From the NCBI GenBank assembly GCA_963725545.1, contig CAVRZG010000033.1:2205-66204 (forward strand): a stretch of DNA of 64,000 nucleotides, read 5' to 3'. The stretch's first letter is position 1, and the number at the start of each line of letters is the position of its first letter. This DNA is from an uncultured Nitrospiraceae bacterium (GTDB lineage Bacteria; Nitrospirota; Thermodesulfovibrionia; Thermodesulfovibrionales; SM23-35). The position numbers and the translations under genes are program-made. This document shows positions 21,654 through 30,932 of the stretch, piece after piece. The notes under the pieces were generated by a model. It saw only the letters and a list, made by a program, of their open reading frames with translations. It did no database searches and was not told where the DNA came from.

Positions 21654-22553
21654 ATGATCGTTACAGGCATCGGACAGTGCTCCCTGGATTACCTTGCGGT
21701 TGTTGACGCATATCCCCGCGCAGACACCAAGAAAGAAGTTCTCGAATGGCGCGAGCAGGGAGGCGGCCCGGTCGCTACGGCATTAGCAACCCTCGCAAGG
21801 CTGGGCATTCCCGCGAGGTTCTACGGTGTCATAGGAGATGACGATGCCGGGGAAAAAATACGCCAGTCCCTTGTCGGCGAAGGGATAGACACGAGGTTAG
21901 CAAAGAGAAAGGGAAAGAGTTCTCAAATCGCGTTTGTCGCCATTGAAAAAGGCACCGGAAGGAGAACTATATTCTGGAGAAGACCCTCCGGCAAAGAGTT
22001 GAAAAAGACTGAACTGGATGCCGATTTCCTGAGGGGAGCTCATTTCCTGCTCCTTGACGGACTCATGGCCGAGGTCTCTATTTATGCCGCGGCCCGGGCA
22101 AGAGAGCGCGGCATACCGGTTATGCTGGATGCCGGGCGCCTCCGACATGGGATGCTGGAGATAGCTGCACTCTCTGACTATCTCGTGGCTTCAGAAGAAT
22201 TTGCGCGTGATCTCAAGTGGAGGCTCACTGCCTCGGGACTGGCGAAAAGGAGGCAAGAACTGGGATGCAAAGTTCTGACGGTAACGCTCGGGGAGCAGGG
22301 AAGCGTCACGGTTTCAGATAAAGGGTTCCTGCGGGTCCCGGCATTCGCAGTTGAAAGTGTGGATACCACCGGTGCAGGCGACGTATTTCACGGAGGGTTC
22401 ATATACGGCCTCCTGCAAAAATGGGAACTTAAAGACATAATAGTATTTGCCTCAGCCGTTGCCGCGATGAAGTGTACGAAGGCAGGCGGCAGAGCTGGAA
22501 TTCCTTCCCTCTCAGAGGTGAAAGCGTTTCTTAATACGGCCGGGAAGAAGTGA
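21654..22553 (+). CDS. PfkB family carbohydrate kinase
   Basis: GGGPVA, VTLGEQG, VDTTGAGDVFHGG. Confidence 0.9.
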   Translation: MIVTGIGQCSLDYLAVVDAYPRADTKKEVLEWREQGGGPVATALATLARLGIPARFYGVIGDDDAGEKIRQSLVGEGIDTRLAKRKGKSSQIAFVAIEKGTGRRTIFWRRPSGKELKKTELDADFLRGAHFLLLDGLMAEVSIYAAARARERGIPVMLDAGRLRHGMLEIAALSDYLVASEEFARDLKWRLTASGLAKRRQELGCKVLTVTLGEQGSVTVSDKGFLRVPAFAVESVDTTGAGDVFHGGFIYGLLQKWELKDIIVFASAVAAMKCTKAGGRAGIPSLSEVKAFLNTAGKK

Positions 22554-22681
22554 TGTAATCTGCGTATGCGGAGATCAACCTGAATAGGATGGAATTTTCA
22601 GGAGCTGTTCTGTTTTCGGGCACTGCATTATAATAGAGGCATAAGTACTGATAATGCATCACTTTTAGGAAGGAGTCGGTT

Positions 22682-23404
22682 ATGAATAATAAAGGGTTGT
22701 CGGAGATGATTCAGTCCTCTTCGCTGCTCGGACAGGTTGTAGGCGCAGAGAAATTATTTCTCTCGGGCCGCCGCAAGAGAGGTGAAGATCTTGAGAGCGC
22801 GGTGAGATTCTTTCTCGAGTTCCTGCACGGTTTCGAGAGCTTCGATTTTGATGGGCCGTGTGTCACAGTCTTCGGTTCGGCACGTTTTCAGGAAAGACAC
22901 CGTTACTATGAGCTTGCCCGCGAGCTGGGACGGGCGCTCGCCACTGCAGGCTATGCTGTAATGACAGGGGGCGGACCCGGCATAATGGAAGCCGCAAACA
23001 GGGGGGCAAAAGAAGGCGGCGGCCTCAGCCTCGGATGCAATATCAAACTGCCCTGGGAACAGAAGCCGAATCCATACCTGGACAAGTTCATTGAGTTTGA
23101 GCACTTCTTTGTGCGCAAGGTGATGCTGGTAAAGTACTCGACTGCCTTTGTTGTGATGCCCGGAGGGTTCGGCACTCTCGATGAGGCCTTTGAGGTAATC
23201 ACGCTCGCACAAACCGGAAAGCTTGAGCGCTTCCCTGTCGTGGGCATGGTCAGGGAGTTCTGGGACCACCTTCGCCGGTTCATGCAGGACACATTGCTCG
23301 CAGAAGGCACCATCAGCGATCAAGACATGGATTTGATCCACGGGGCAAACACTGTTGAAGATGCCATTCGTATAATCCGCGGCCTCTCGCGTGGAGTGTT
23401 TTAA
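22682..23404 (+). CDS. LOG family (TIGR00730) nucleotide phosphoribohydrolase
   Basis: VFGSAR, TGGGPGIMEAA, RK, PGGFGTLDE. Confidence 0.92.
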   Translation: MNNKGLSEMIQSSSLLGQVVGAEKLFLSGRRKRGEDLESAVRFFLEFLHGFESFDFDGPCVTVFGSARFQERHRYYELARELGRALATAGYAVMTGGGPGIMEAANRGAKEGGGLSLGCNIKLPWEQKPNPYLDKFIEFEHFFVRKVMLVKYSTAFVVMPGGFGTLDEAFEVITLAQTGKLERFPVVGMVREFWDHLRRFMQDTLLAEGTISDQDMDLIHGANTVEDAIRIIRGLSRGVF

Positions 23405-23412
23405 CTAAAAAG

Positions 23413-23790
23413 ATGCGCAATAAACCCGACGCGGTTCCTCTCTCTCAGGAAGAGAGAGAAGAAATACTGGCTGTCGCACTGAAAAGAATGGTGATGATCG
23501 ACGGCAAGGTGTACGGGCTGGAGGATGATGCTGAGCAGGAGTCGATTGTGGATTGCGCAGCAAAAACCGTATTATGCCGGGCGAACTGCTGCACCTATGT
23601 ATTCGCACTTACTCAGGAGGAAGTGAAAAAGGGCATCTACAAATACAACCCGGAACGACCCTATTATATGTCGAAGGATCCGGATGGATACTGCTCCCAC
23701 TTAGACCGCGCGACTTTCAGATGCAGCATACATGATAAACGTCCCTCACGTTGCAGAAAATATGCATGCCCTCAGAGTGACGGGACGTGA
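23413..23790 (+). CDS. YkgJ family cysteine-cluster protein
   Basis: C..CRANCC..DGYCSHL..CSIHDKRPSRCR. Confidence 0.82.
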   Translation: MRNKPDAVPLSQEEREEILAVALKRMVMIDGKVYGLEDDAEQESIVDCAAKTVLCRANCCTYVFALTQEEVKKGIYKYNPERPYYMSKDPDGYCSHLDRATFRCSIHDKRPSRCRKYACPQSDGT

Positions 23791-23913
23791 AACGGATAGC
23801 GAGTGCATTCCCCGTTCCCGAATGCTTTCGGGACTGCGGGGTTAGCGAGCGGATATAAAGAAAGACTTCCTTACGTTAAGATACCCTGCGGTCTTTGTCG
23901 CAGGGTTCTTCAT
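23788..23913 (-). repeat. palindromic interspersed element containing the 18-bp CCCGAAAGCTTTCGGG-type palindrome
   Basis: Homologous to 10874-10953; hairpin ACCCTGCG..CGCAGGGT. Confidence 0.8.
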
Positions 23914-24100
23914 TCTCAGTCTCCGTCTTTCTTGTCCTTTACCCAGTATACAACACTGAATATGATTGCCACGACTGCCAGAGCAATGAGGACAAAGAAA
24001 AGAAATTCTACCTCCACCGGTCACCCCTTTTTATTGAAAGAATACATACAAATCAGGACAATGGTCAAGCCGGACTTCTTCAAACAGGATATAATAAGAA

Positions 24101-24919
24101 ATGCATATTGTTGCGGTCGATAATCTCGGAGAGGACCGGGAGGCCATCGCACGCGCACTTTCAGATGCGTTGGGAATGGTTTTTTATGATGCGTTCGCGC
24201 GTGTGCGCGTGCCCGATAAAGGACCCCTGATAGTTGCCGTGTTTGCGGAAGAGAACCTTGCCTTGGAGAAGGCAGAGAAGCTTCGCGCGGCAGGCTTCCG
24301 GGCACTTGTCCTTGGACAGGATGAGGTGGAAACCGACAACACCAGGATAATAGTTCGCAAGTTCCTCTTCAGGGATAGCGGGATCGGGTTCGAAGAGAGG
24401 ACGGGCAGTCCGATGAGCATGGCTTATGATCTTATAAGCGTAATCATCCGAGGGATTCGGATTGCACGGACAACTGAGACAGAAACGGTAAAGGACCGGA
24501 AATTCGACGCAGGCAGGGCAATACTCTCCGGGGGGCTCGTATTAACAAAGTCGACAAGTGTAAAGCAGCAGAGTGTGAGCGAGGTCCGGGAAGGGTTCGT
24601 TCACCTGTATTCGGACAAACAACGCCCTCTTGTGTTTCTCGAATCTGCATTGCAGTACGATTCTCTCGGCCCGTCGCTGCAGCCCTCACGCGCTGCAAAT
24701 TTCGCGTTTCTGGTTGCTGAACTGAAGCGGCGATGCGCAGGCGCGGTCTATGACGACCGCCTTCTGAACAAGGCGGCGCAATCCCGCCTGCTTGGACCCA
24801 GGTTCGACCCTGAGAGGCACCTGGACACGGCTATCACGCTCCTCTCAAGATCTCTGCGTCTATTGAAAAGAAAAAGCGATCTTTCATTCTCTTCTGTTCT
24901 TCAGGGCAAGTTTCTTTAA
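24101..24919 (+). CDS. hypothetical protein
   Basis: 272 aa ORF filling the gap; no family recognised. Confidence 0.75.
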   Translation: MHIVAVDNLGEDREAIARALSDALGMVFYDAFARVRVPDKGPLIVAVFAEENLALEKAEKLRAAGFRALVLGQDEVETDNTRIIVRKFLFRDSGIGFEERTGSPMSMAYDLISVIIRGIRIARTTETETVKDRKFDAGRAILSGGLVLTKSTSVKQQSVSEVREGFVHLYSDKQRPLVFLESALQYDSLGPSLQPSRAANFAFLVAELKRRCAGAVYDDRLLNKAAQSRLLGPRFDPERHLDTAITLLSRSLRLLKRKSDLSFSSVLQGKFL

Positions 24920-25423
24920 TTCCTCAAGAGCTCTGTCATAGTCAGGATGCTCTGTCAGTTCCGGTACTATCTGGATGTATCTTATTACGTCGTTTTTGTC
25001 TATGATGAAGATAGACCTCGCGAGCAGCCTTATCTCCCTGATTAAGACTCCATAGGCAATGCCGAAGGACGCTTCCCTGTGGTCTGAATATGCCTTCACT
25101 CTGTCGATGCCTGCCGCTGTGCAGAACCTTGTGATTGCGAACGGGAGGTCCATGCTGACGTTGAGAATGACCACATCGGCAGGCAGTTTGGCTGCTTCCT
25201 CGTTGAACCTGCGGGCCTGCATATCGCAGACAGGAGTATCCAGTGAAGGCGTTACGCTTATCACCTTGACCTTGCCTGCGAAATCTTTTAATCCGGCCTC
25301 TTTTAACTCGCCGTCAAGCACTGTGAAATCTCTGGCTTTTTCTCCGATCTTCGGCTCTTCACCGACGAGAGTAAGCGGTGCACCCTTAAAACTGACAATT
25401 CCCTTTCTTTCCATCTCATTCAC
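24884..25423 (-). CDS. tpx: thiol peroxidase
   Basis: PSLDTPVCD, SMDLPFA..RFC, HPDYD. Confidence 0.93.
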   Translation of the reverse strand: MNEMERKGIVSFKGAPLTLVGEEPKIGEKARDFTVLDGELKEAGLKDFAGKVKVISVTPSLDTPVCDMQARRFNEEAAKLPADVVILNVSMDLPFAITRFCTAAGIDRVKAYSDHREASFGIAYGVLIREIRLLARSIFIIDKNDVIRYIQIVPELTEHPDYDRALEELKKLALKNRRE

Positions 25424-25512
25424 CTCATTTAAAAGTGTATTGGAAAAATTCCAGACAGTCCTTTTTATTACATAGGCTAAACCTATCGCCCGTTTGCATA
25501 CTGATTGCCGAA

Positions 25513-25932
25513 CTATTCGATCTGCACCTTGTAGTCTGAGAACTGAGAAACAGAGAGGATTTTCTCTCTTAATCCCTTGCCCTCGAATTTGCCGTATGCC
25601 ATCGAGTTATCATAAATCCGGAGGTGTTTCTTCTCTCTGTCTATCTCGAACTTGCCACCACCGATGACACTCCAGAGTGGGTCCAGGATCTTGAAAATCT
25701 TGTTCTCGCTTTTGTAGATTCCGGGTATGTCATGTTCCCCGCAGAAGGATTCAACGATATCGGCATGGAAGCGAGTAAATTCCTTCGGGGAAAAGACAAG
25801 ATATTCCGTACCGCTCTTTCTGATCTGGACAAACTTGCCCTTATACTGCCCGGGCTCAGCAATCCCTGCAATATCGGGATAATAGATCGAAGCATAGTTG
25901 ACGTATATGATCTTGTGTTTAGGATTTCTCAC
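25513..25932 (-). CDS. Janus/Ocnus (PHPT1-like) phosphohistidine phosphatase homologue
   Basis: GKFVQIR / FHADI / IGGGK / KKHLRIYDNSMAYG / EKI..DYKV parallel human PHPT1 FKYVLIR / YHADI / LGGGR / KKIHVYGYSMAYG / EKI..DYEV. Confidence 0.8.
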   Translation of the reverse strand: MRNPKHKIIYVNYASIYYPDIAGIAEPGQYKGKFVQIRKSGTEYLVFSPKEFTRFHADIVESFCGEHDIPGIYKSENKIFKILDPLWSVIGGGKFEIDREKKHLRIYDNSMAYGKFEGKGLREKILSVSQFSDYKVQIE

Positions 25933-25953
25933 CCTTTTCCCGAATCCGCCGCA

Positions 25954-26439
25954 TTACAAATCCCGCGAATGGACCATTGCGCATCTTTTACTGTAGATTT
26001 CATCGCTTCCCGGCACCACGATCACCGCGCAATGGAGGGACCTGCTTACCTCATGTATCAGGCCTTCGGTAGTAGAGCCTATAAGCCTTCGCGCGGCATT
26101 CCCTTTCCCGCTGGCGCCGAGCACCACCATGGAAATTTCCTGGTCCTCATTTACCACTTTTACTATCTCCTCGACAGGAGTACCTTCCCTGATCATGCCT
26201 GTTACTGCCATATCGAATTCAGTTCGTCCAATCTCCACGGCCTCCTGAATCATCTTCTCCGATGACTCAAACATCTCTTCCTTCACCTTATTACTGATCC
26301 CCATCCAGTGGCTGTATCTGGGAACGTCATTGATCCTTAAAGCAATGACCCCGGCCTTGATCTTCATTGCCAGGCAAGATGCGAACCGCACCGCGTTTTT
26401 TGAGAATTCCGAACCATCTATGGCAACAAGAATTTTCAT
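25954..26439 (-). CDS. universal stress protein
   Basis: KILVAIDGS, G.P.EEI, VLGASG..LIGSTT. Confidence 0.9.
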   Translation of the reverse strand: MKILVAIDGSEFSKNAVRFASCLAMKIKAGVIALRINDVPRYSHWMGISNKVKEEMFESSEKMIQEAVEIGRTEFDMAVTGMIREGTPVEEIVKVVNEDQEISMVVLGASGKGNAARRLIGSTTEGLIHEVSRSLHCAVIVVPGSDEIYSKRCAMVHSRDL

Positions 26440-26497
26440 ATTTGCCGCACCCCCTCAGTCCGAATCTGCATATGTGTTCTTCATTCTATCTAAGACA

Positions 26498-27277
26498 CTA
26501 ATGTGTCGGTCCTCCCCTGAAGACGAGCCCGACCCCGATTCCGGCAACAAGAGCGACCGCAACTGCAAATATCCCATAAAGCAGACCATGGTTCTGTGCG
26601 AAAGACGTAATCCAGTTTTCCATGCCGATCTTGCCCAGCCATACCTCTGTCGACCCTGATGCGACAATAGCATTTCCTTTGATCGCAAAGACATCAAACT
26701 GGTAAGTGCCGACAGGGGCATTTGAAGGCATGAAGAAGACGCTTTTGAAGAGTCTTCCTTTTATGGTCTGCACGAGATCTTCACGTATAGAGTAAAGTCC
26801 CTGCTTTTCCTTTAGTCTGATATAGCCGTTCACAAGCTGGTCTTTTTCAGGGTCCTCAGGTGAAAACTGCGCTCCGGCGCGAATTGCAGTATATTTGCTG
26901 TCTGATCCTGTCTTAAGCAGCAGGTCCCCGGGAAGGCCGGCCAATGGGCCTGATGTCTGAACAATATACAGGGCAGGCACATGGGTAAGCTCAAGTGTCT
27001 TGACATTCATCCAGAGGATTCCTTTCTTGCCTTTCTTGTTCAACTTTGTCGTTTCTTCTCCAACGGATACAAGCCTTGCGATTATCAGGGCGCCTTCCTC
27101 GGCTTCTCCGAAAAGCGTCACCTTCTCGCCCGCATACTTGAGAGTTATGTTTATCCTTTCGGGGACGCTCGAAACCGCAAGTTCACCTGCATGCGAAACA
27201 CTGCACAAAGAACAGTAAAGAAAAACGAAGCCCGCCAGCATACTGCGAATTGTCGTCGACAACAGAAGTTCTTTCAT
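26498..27277 (-). CDS. TIGR02186-like membrane protein
   Basis: Signal peptide, KKG..GILWMN, P.NAPVG.Y, C-terminal TM; usual partner of TauE. Confidence 0.8.
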   Translation of the reverse strand: MKELLLSTTIRSMLAGFVFLYCSLCSVSHAGELAVSSVPERINITLKYAGEKVTLFGEAEEGALIIARLVSVGEETTKLNKKGKKGILWMNVKTLELTHVPALYIVQTSGPLAGLPGDLLLKTGSDSKYTAIRAGAQFSPEDPEKDQLVNGYIRLKEKQGLYSIREDLVQTIKGRLFKSVFFMPSNAPVGTYQFDVFAIKGNAIVASGSTEVWLGKIGMENWITSFAQNHGLLYGIFAVAVALVAGIGVGLVFRGGPTH

Positions 27278-28197
27278 CAGTGGCCTCCGCCTTCGGTTGC
27301 AAGCGAGATGAGTTCGGAAGGAGTTGCCATTAATTCATAGAGAATCATAAACATAACCGCAAGGACAATACCCGCAAGCAGGATTCTCAGTTGTTCCGCC
27401 CGGAGTTTCCTGCTCGCCCTGACTCCGAATTGCGCGCCTATTGTAGAGCCGAAAAGCAGTAGCAGGGCAAGACCGACATCTACCGTGTGATTAAAAAAAG
27501 CCTGCTGAATGGTAGTGGAAATACTGGTGATGATTATCTGAAATAGGTCTGTGCCTATTGCAAGCAATGTCGGCATGCCAAGGATATAGATCATGGCCGG
27601 GAGCATTATAAACCCGCCTCCAACACCCATAAGCGCTCCGAGAAACCCCACCCCGAACCCGAGGAGAAACGGGAGAATAACAGAGATCTTCACTCCGGAG
27701 GTTTTGAAATCCATCTGCAGAGGAAGCATCATGGCAAGTCTCCTGATCCTGGATTCCTTCTTTTCTTCCTTTACAGTTCTTCCTGTCAGGACAGTTAAAC
27801 TCTCAATAAACATGAATATGCCGACGCCGCCCAGAACAATGACGTAAGCCACCCTGATAGCAAAATTCAGGTCTCCCACGAGCCTCAGAAATTTGACTGC
27901 CTGGACGCCGACAGTACTCCCGAATATGCCTCCGGTGAAGAGTACAACACCAAGTTTGGTATCCACATTCCCTGCCCTTTTATGCGCATAAGCCCCGGAT
28001 GCGGACGATGCAACAAACTGGTTTGACCCGCTTGCAGCGGCAACAGCAGGCGGGATGCCTATCATCATGAGCAGAGGCGTCAGAAGGAATCCCCCGCCTA
28101 CACCGAACAGACCTGAAAGGAATCCCACAAGCCCGCCCAACCCGAGTATAAGGAAAATATTGACGCTCATTCCGGCAATGGGCAAATATATATCCAC
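27277..28197 (-). CDS. sulfite exporter TauE/SafE family protein
   Basis: Duplicated GFLSGLFGVGGGF / GFLGALMGVGGGF motifs; GTG start with AGGAG RBS. Confidence 0.9.
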   Translation of the reverse strand: MDIYLPIAGMSVNIFLILGLGGLVGFLSGLFGVGGGFLLTPLLMMIGIPPAVAAASGSNQFVASSASGAYAHKRAGNVDTKLGVVLFTGGIFGSTVGVQAVKFLRLVGDLNFAIRVAYVIVLGGVGIFMFIESLTVLTGRTVKEEKKESRIRRLAMMLPLQMDFKTSGVKISVILPFLLGFGVGFLGALMGVGGGFIMLPAMIYILGMPTLLAIGTDLFQIIITSISTTIQQAFFNHTVDVGLALLLLFGSTIGAQFGVRASRKLRAEQLRILLAGIVLAVMFMILYELMATPSELISLATEGGGH

Positions 28198-28272
28198 TCT
28201 TCTCTCCTTAAATAGCATTTTAGCAGATAAGGGAATGAGCGACAATGTCATGATATTGGCTAATGCGGCCAA

Positions 28273-28592
28273 GGGCTTCTTTGCATGTGTTCAGAGTTTT
28301 TAGCCCATATTATTCATAATGTATGAGATAGCAGAGCAGATGCTGTATCATCGCTCATTCTCGGTCCGCTTTTGCGGACCTCCGAGGTATCCCGAAAGCT
28401 TTCGGGATAAAACCGCTCTGATACAGCATCTGGTCTGATTGGTTAAAAAATTTATGAATAATATGGGTTAGCCGTCATTCCCGCGAAGGCGGGAATCCAG
28501 GACTATTTGCTTTAAAAGACAATGGATTCCCGATTACTACCTCGGGAATGACGACAAAGGGATCGTTTCAATAGCTTCTGTGTAAAGGGACT
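28273..28592. repeat. GTCATTCCCG REP-like element interrupted by a MITE
   Basis: GTCATTCCCGCGAAGGCGGGAATCCAG..TGGATTCCCGATTACTACCTCGGGAATGAC; flanks align with 29640-29793. Confidence 0.8.
28304..28467. mobile_element. 164-bp MITE with 16-bp TIR and TTAG duplication
   Basis: TTAG-CCCATATTATTCATAA..TTATGAATAATATGGG-TTAG; internal IR CAGATGCTGTATCA..TGATACAGCATCTG. Confidence 0.8.
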
Positions 28593-28753
28593 TAAGCCGT
28601 ATTACACTGGTTGGATGAATTCCTTGTTCCGCCACAAAAGTGAAACACTTATCCGGTATTTTCTTATTTACAGCTCTGTGCCTCTATGTCTCGTGGTCAA
28701 CTGCTTATTCAAAGATTATGGGCTGGGAGGAAACCTTGCGGCCAAATCGAGGG

Positions 28754-29593
28754 TTACAGCTTCATATCGAGAAGGTCGGCGAGCCTGGAGAGATGGTCCT
28801 TTTCTTCTTGCGCAATCCGGGCAAAGACTCGCCTCGCATCTTTGTCTTCCATCCGGTTCTCCATCTTCAGGTAGAGGTCGTAGGAATTAGTCTCCAGTGA
28901 TATAACCAGTTCCAGTGTCTCCTGAAGTCCTTTCCCTCTTGCCCAGGAGAGCGCCTCGCTTACGCGCATGCCGCCTTCCATGATCTCTCCTGATGCCTCG
29001 GAAGAGACAGATGGGCCTGGGAATCCTGAATCAGACTCCGCGCCTGAGAGGTCTTTATATAGTTCAACCAGCGACAACTTATGCCCTTCTTCTGCCGCAG
29101 AAAGGTCCTGAAATACTCTGACAGCATCGGCATCTTCATTCATCAGAGAGAGTTCGGCATAGAATCTCCTGGACCCTTCCTCCAGCGCCCATGCGAGGCC
29201 GATAAGCTCCTCAGGCCCGTCAGCAACAGTGAAATACGCCATTCCTGCCTCCGGCGCCCCTTCCGCTGTGAGACCCTCCCATGCTTTTATACCGCCATTC
29301 ATGCTTGAAACCTCATGGAATCCGGCTGAGGACAAAAGTGACGCAGCAGCACGACTGCGGACTCCCGAGGCTCAATAGGCTATAGTCGGCTTCTCCGGAT
29401 CGAGCTCACTGAGCCGGTCATGAAGCTCTGCCACAGGTATAAGGCGGGCGCCGGGGATGTGTCCCCCTTCGTATTCCTTTGGCTGTCGGACATCCACAAG
29501 GTTATAATCCCCGGGATTCTTGTCTTTGAGGAACTTCCGGACCTCTTCAGCGGTTAATGTCGAAACGGATTTGAAATAATCGAGGATACCCAT
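28754..29593 (-). CDS. rhodanese plus ferritin-like (rubrerythrin) fusion, probable selenoprotein (UGA at 29372-29374)
   Basis: DVRQ..EY..GHIPGA..IAY-UGA-ASGVRSRAAA in frame with downstream EEGS..EEGH..E..EEKDH diiron motifs. Confidence 0.82.
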
Positions 29594-29619
29594 CTCACCT
29601 CCGCCTTTATACTCAGACA

Positions 29620-29814
29620 CTAGTGTAGTGTTTCCAACGCTTCTTTACAGATGTTTCGAGTGTTCCTCGTTGTCATTCCCGCAGTCTTCAAGCGGGAATC
29701 CAGGTTTCTTTGTTTCTTAAAGACACTGGATTCCCGATTACTACCTCGGGAATGACAACAAGAAATCTCTTCAACGGCTTCCAATGTAAAGCTATTTCTA
29801 CAACACTACACTAG
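29620..29814. mobile_element. MITE-like element with CTAG flanks carrying a GTCATTCCCG REP
   Basis: CTAG-TGTAGTGTT..AACACTACA-CTAG. Confidence 0.78.
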
Positions 29815-30879
29815 TTGTACATCAGCTTGCGTTCAAGGTCGGTTGAACGGGAAATTCTCTTTGCTTCATCGAGCGTTATGAGATCCTGCCTGCAGAGCTG
29901 GATCAGATTCTGATCGAGTGTCTGCATCTGGTATTCATCGCGTCCTTTTTCAATATAATTCTCGATCTCATCAAGGTGGCCTTCCCGAATGCAGGCCTTA
30001 ATCGTGGAGGTCGTATACATCACCTCGAGGGCAGGAAAGACCTGTTCGCCACTCTTGCCCCTGACGAGCCGCAATGAAACCGTAGCCACAAGGGTCTCTG
30101 CAAGTCTGTGGCGGACATTTTCCTGTGTCTGCGGGGGATAGAACCCCATAATACGGTTTATGGTCGAAGCGGCATTGTGAGTGTGCAGGGTTGACAGGAC
30201 GAGATGCCCTGTCTCTGCAGCCTTGATGCAGGCGTCGATCGTTTCCAGGTCACGCAGTTCTCCTACCATGATGACGTCAGGGTCCATGCGCATTGCAGCT
30301 TTCAGGGCCCCTCCGAAACTGTCAGTGTCGATGCCGAGTTCCCTCTGAACAATGCAGCTCTGGTTTGAATGAAAGATAAACTCGATGGGGTCCTCGATTG
30401 TAATAATGTTGTAGTTAAAACTGTCGTTTATAAAACGTACCATCGAGGCCACGGTCGTGGACTTGCCGTTGCCGGTCGGACCGCAGACAAGTACCAGTCC
30501 GTTCGGGGCCTTAACTATGTTCCCCAGAACGGCGGGGAGATTCAGCTCCTCGAAAGAGTCCCTACATGGTGGGGGATGACACGCATTACAATACCGATAT
30601 TACCCCGCTGACGGAAGATGCTGACCCTGAAACGACCTACGTTTGCCAGCGCATAGGAGGTATCAAGCTCCTTCAGGTTTTCAGGCAGTCTCCGGTTGTT
30701 CTGCTCCATAACAGTGGAGGCTATGAACTCGGTATCTTTTTTGTCAGGATATTGAGTTTTGAGCGGATCAAATGTCCACGGGCCCTGAACATCGGCGGAG
30801 TGTCCACTTCAAAATGGATGTCGGAGACCTTCTTTTTAAAAGCGATATCTAAGATTTGCGTAAGGGTTGCAATGTCCAT
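29811..30879 (-). CDS. PilT/PilU family type IV pilus ATPase (frameshifted)
   Basis: GPTGNGKSTT, TIEDPIEF, RMDPDVIMVGELRD, AAETGHLVLSTLH. Confidence 0.9.
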
Positions 30880-30932
30880 GAAAACTCCCTTTCTTGAATT
30901 ATACTCAGAGGCATATCGGTGTCAAGGCCTCC

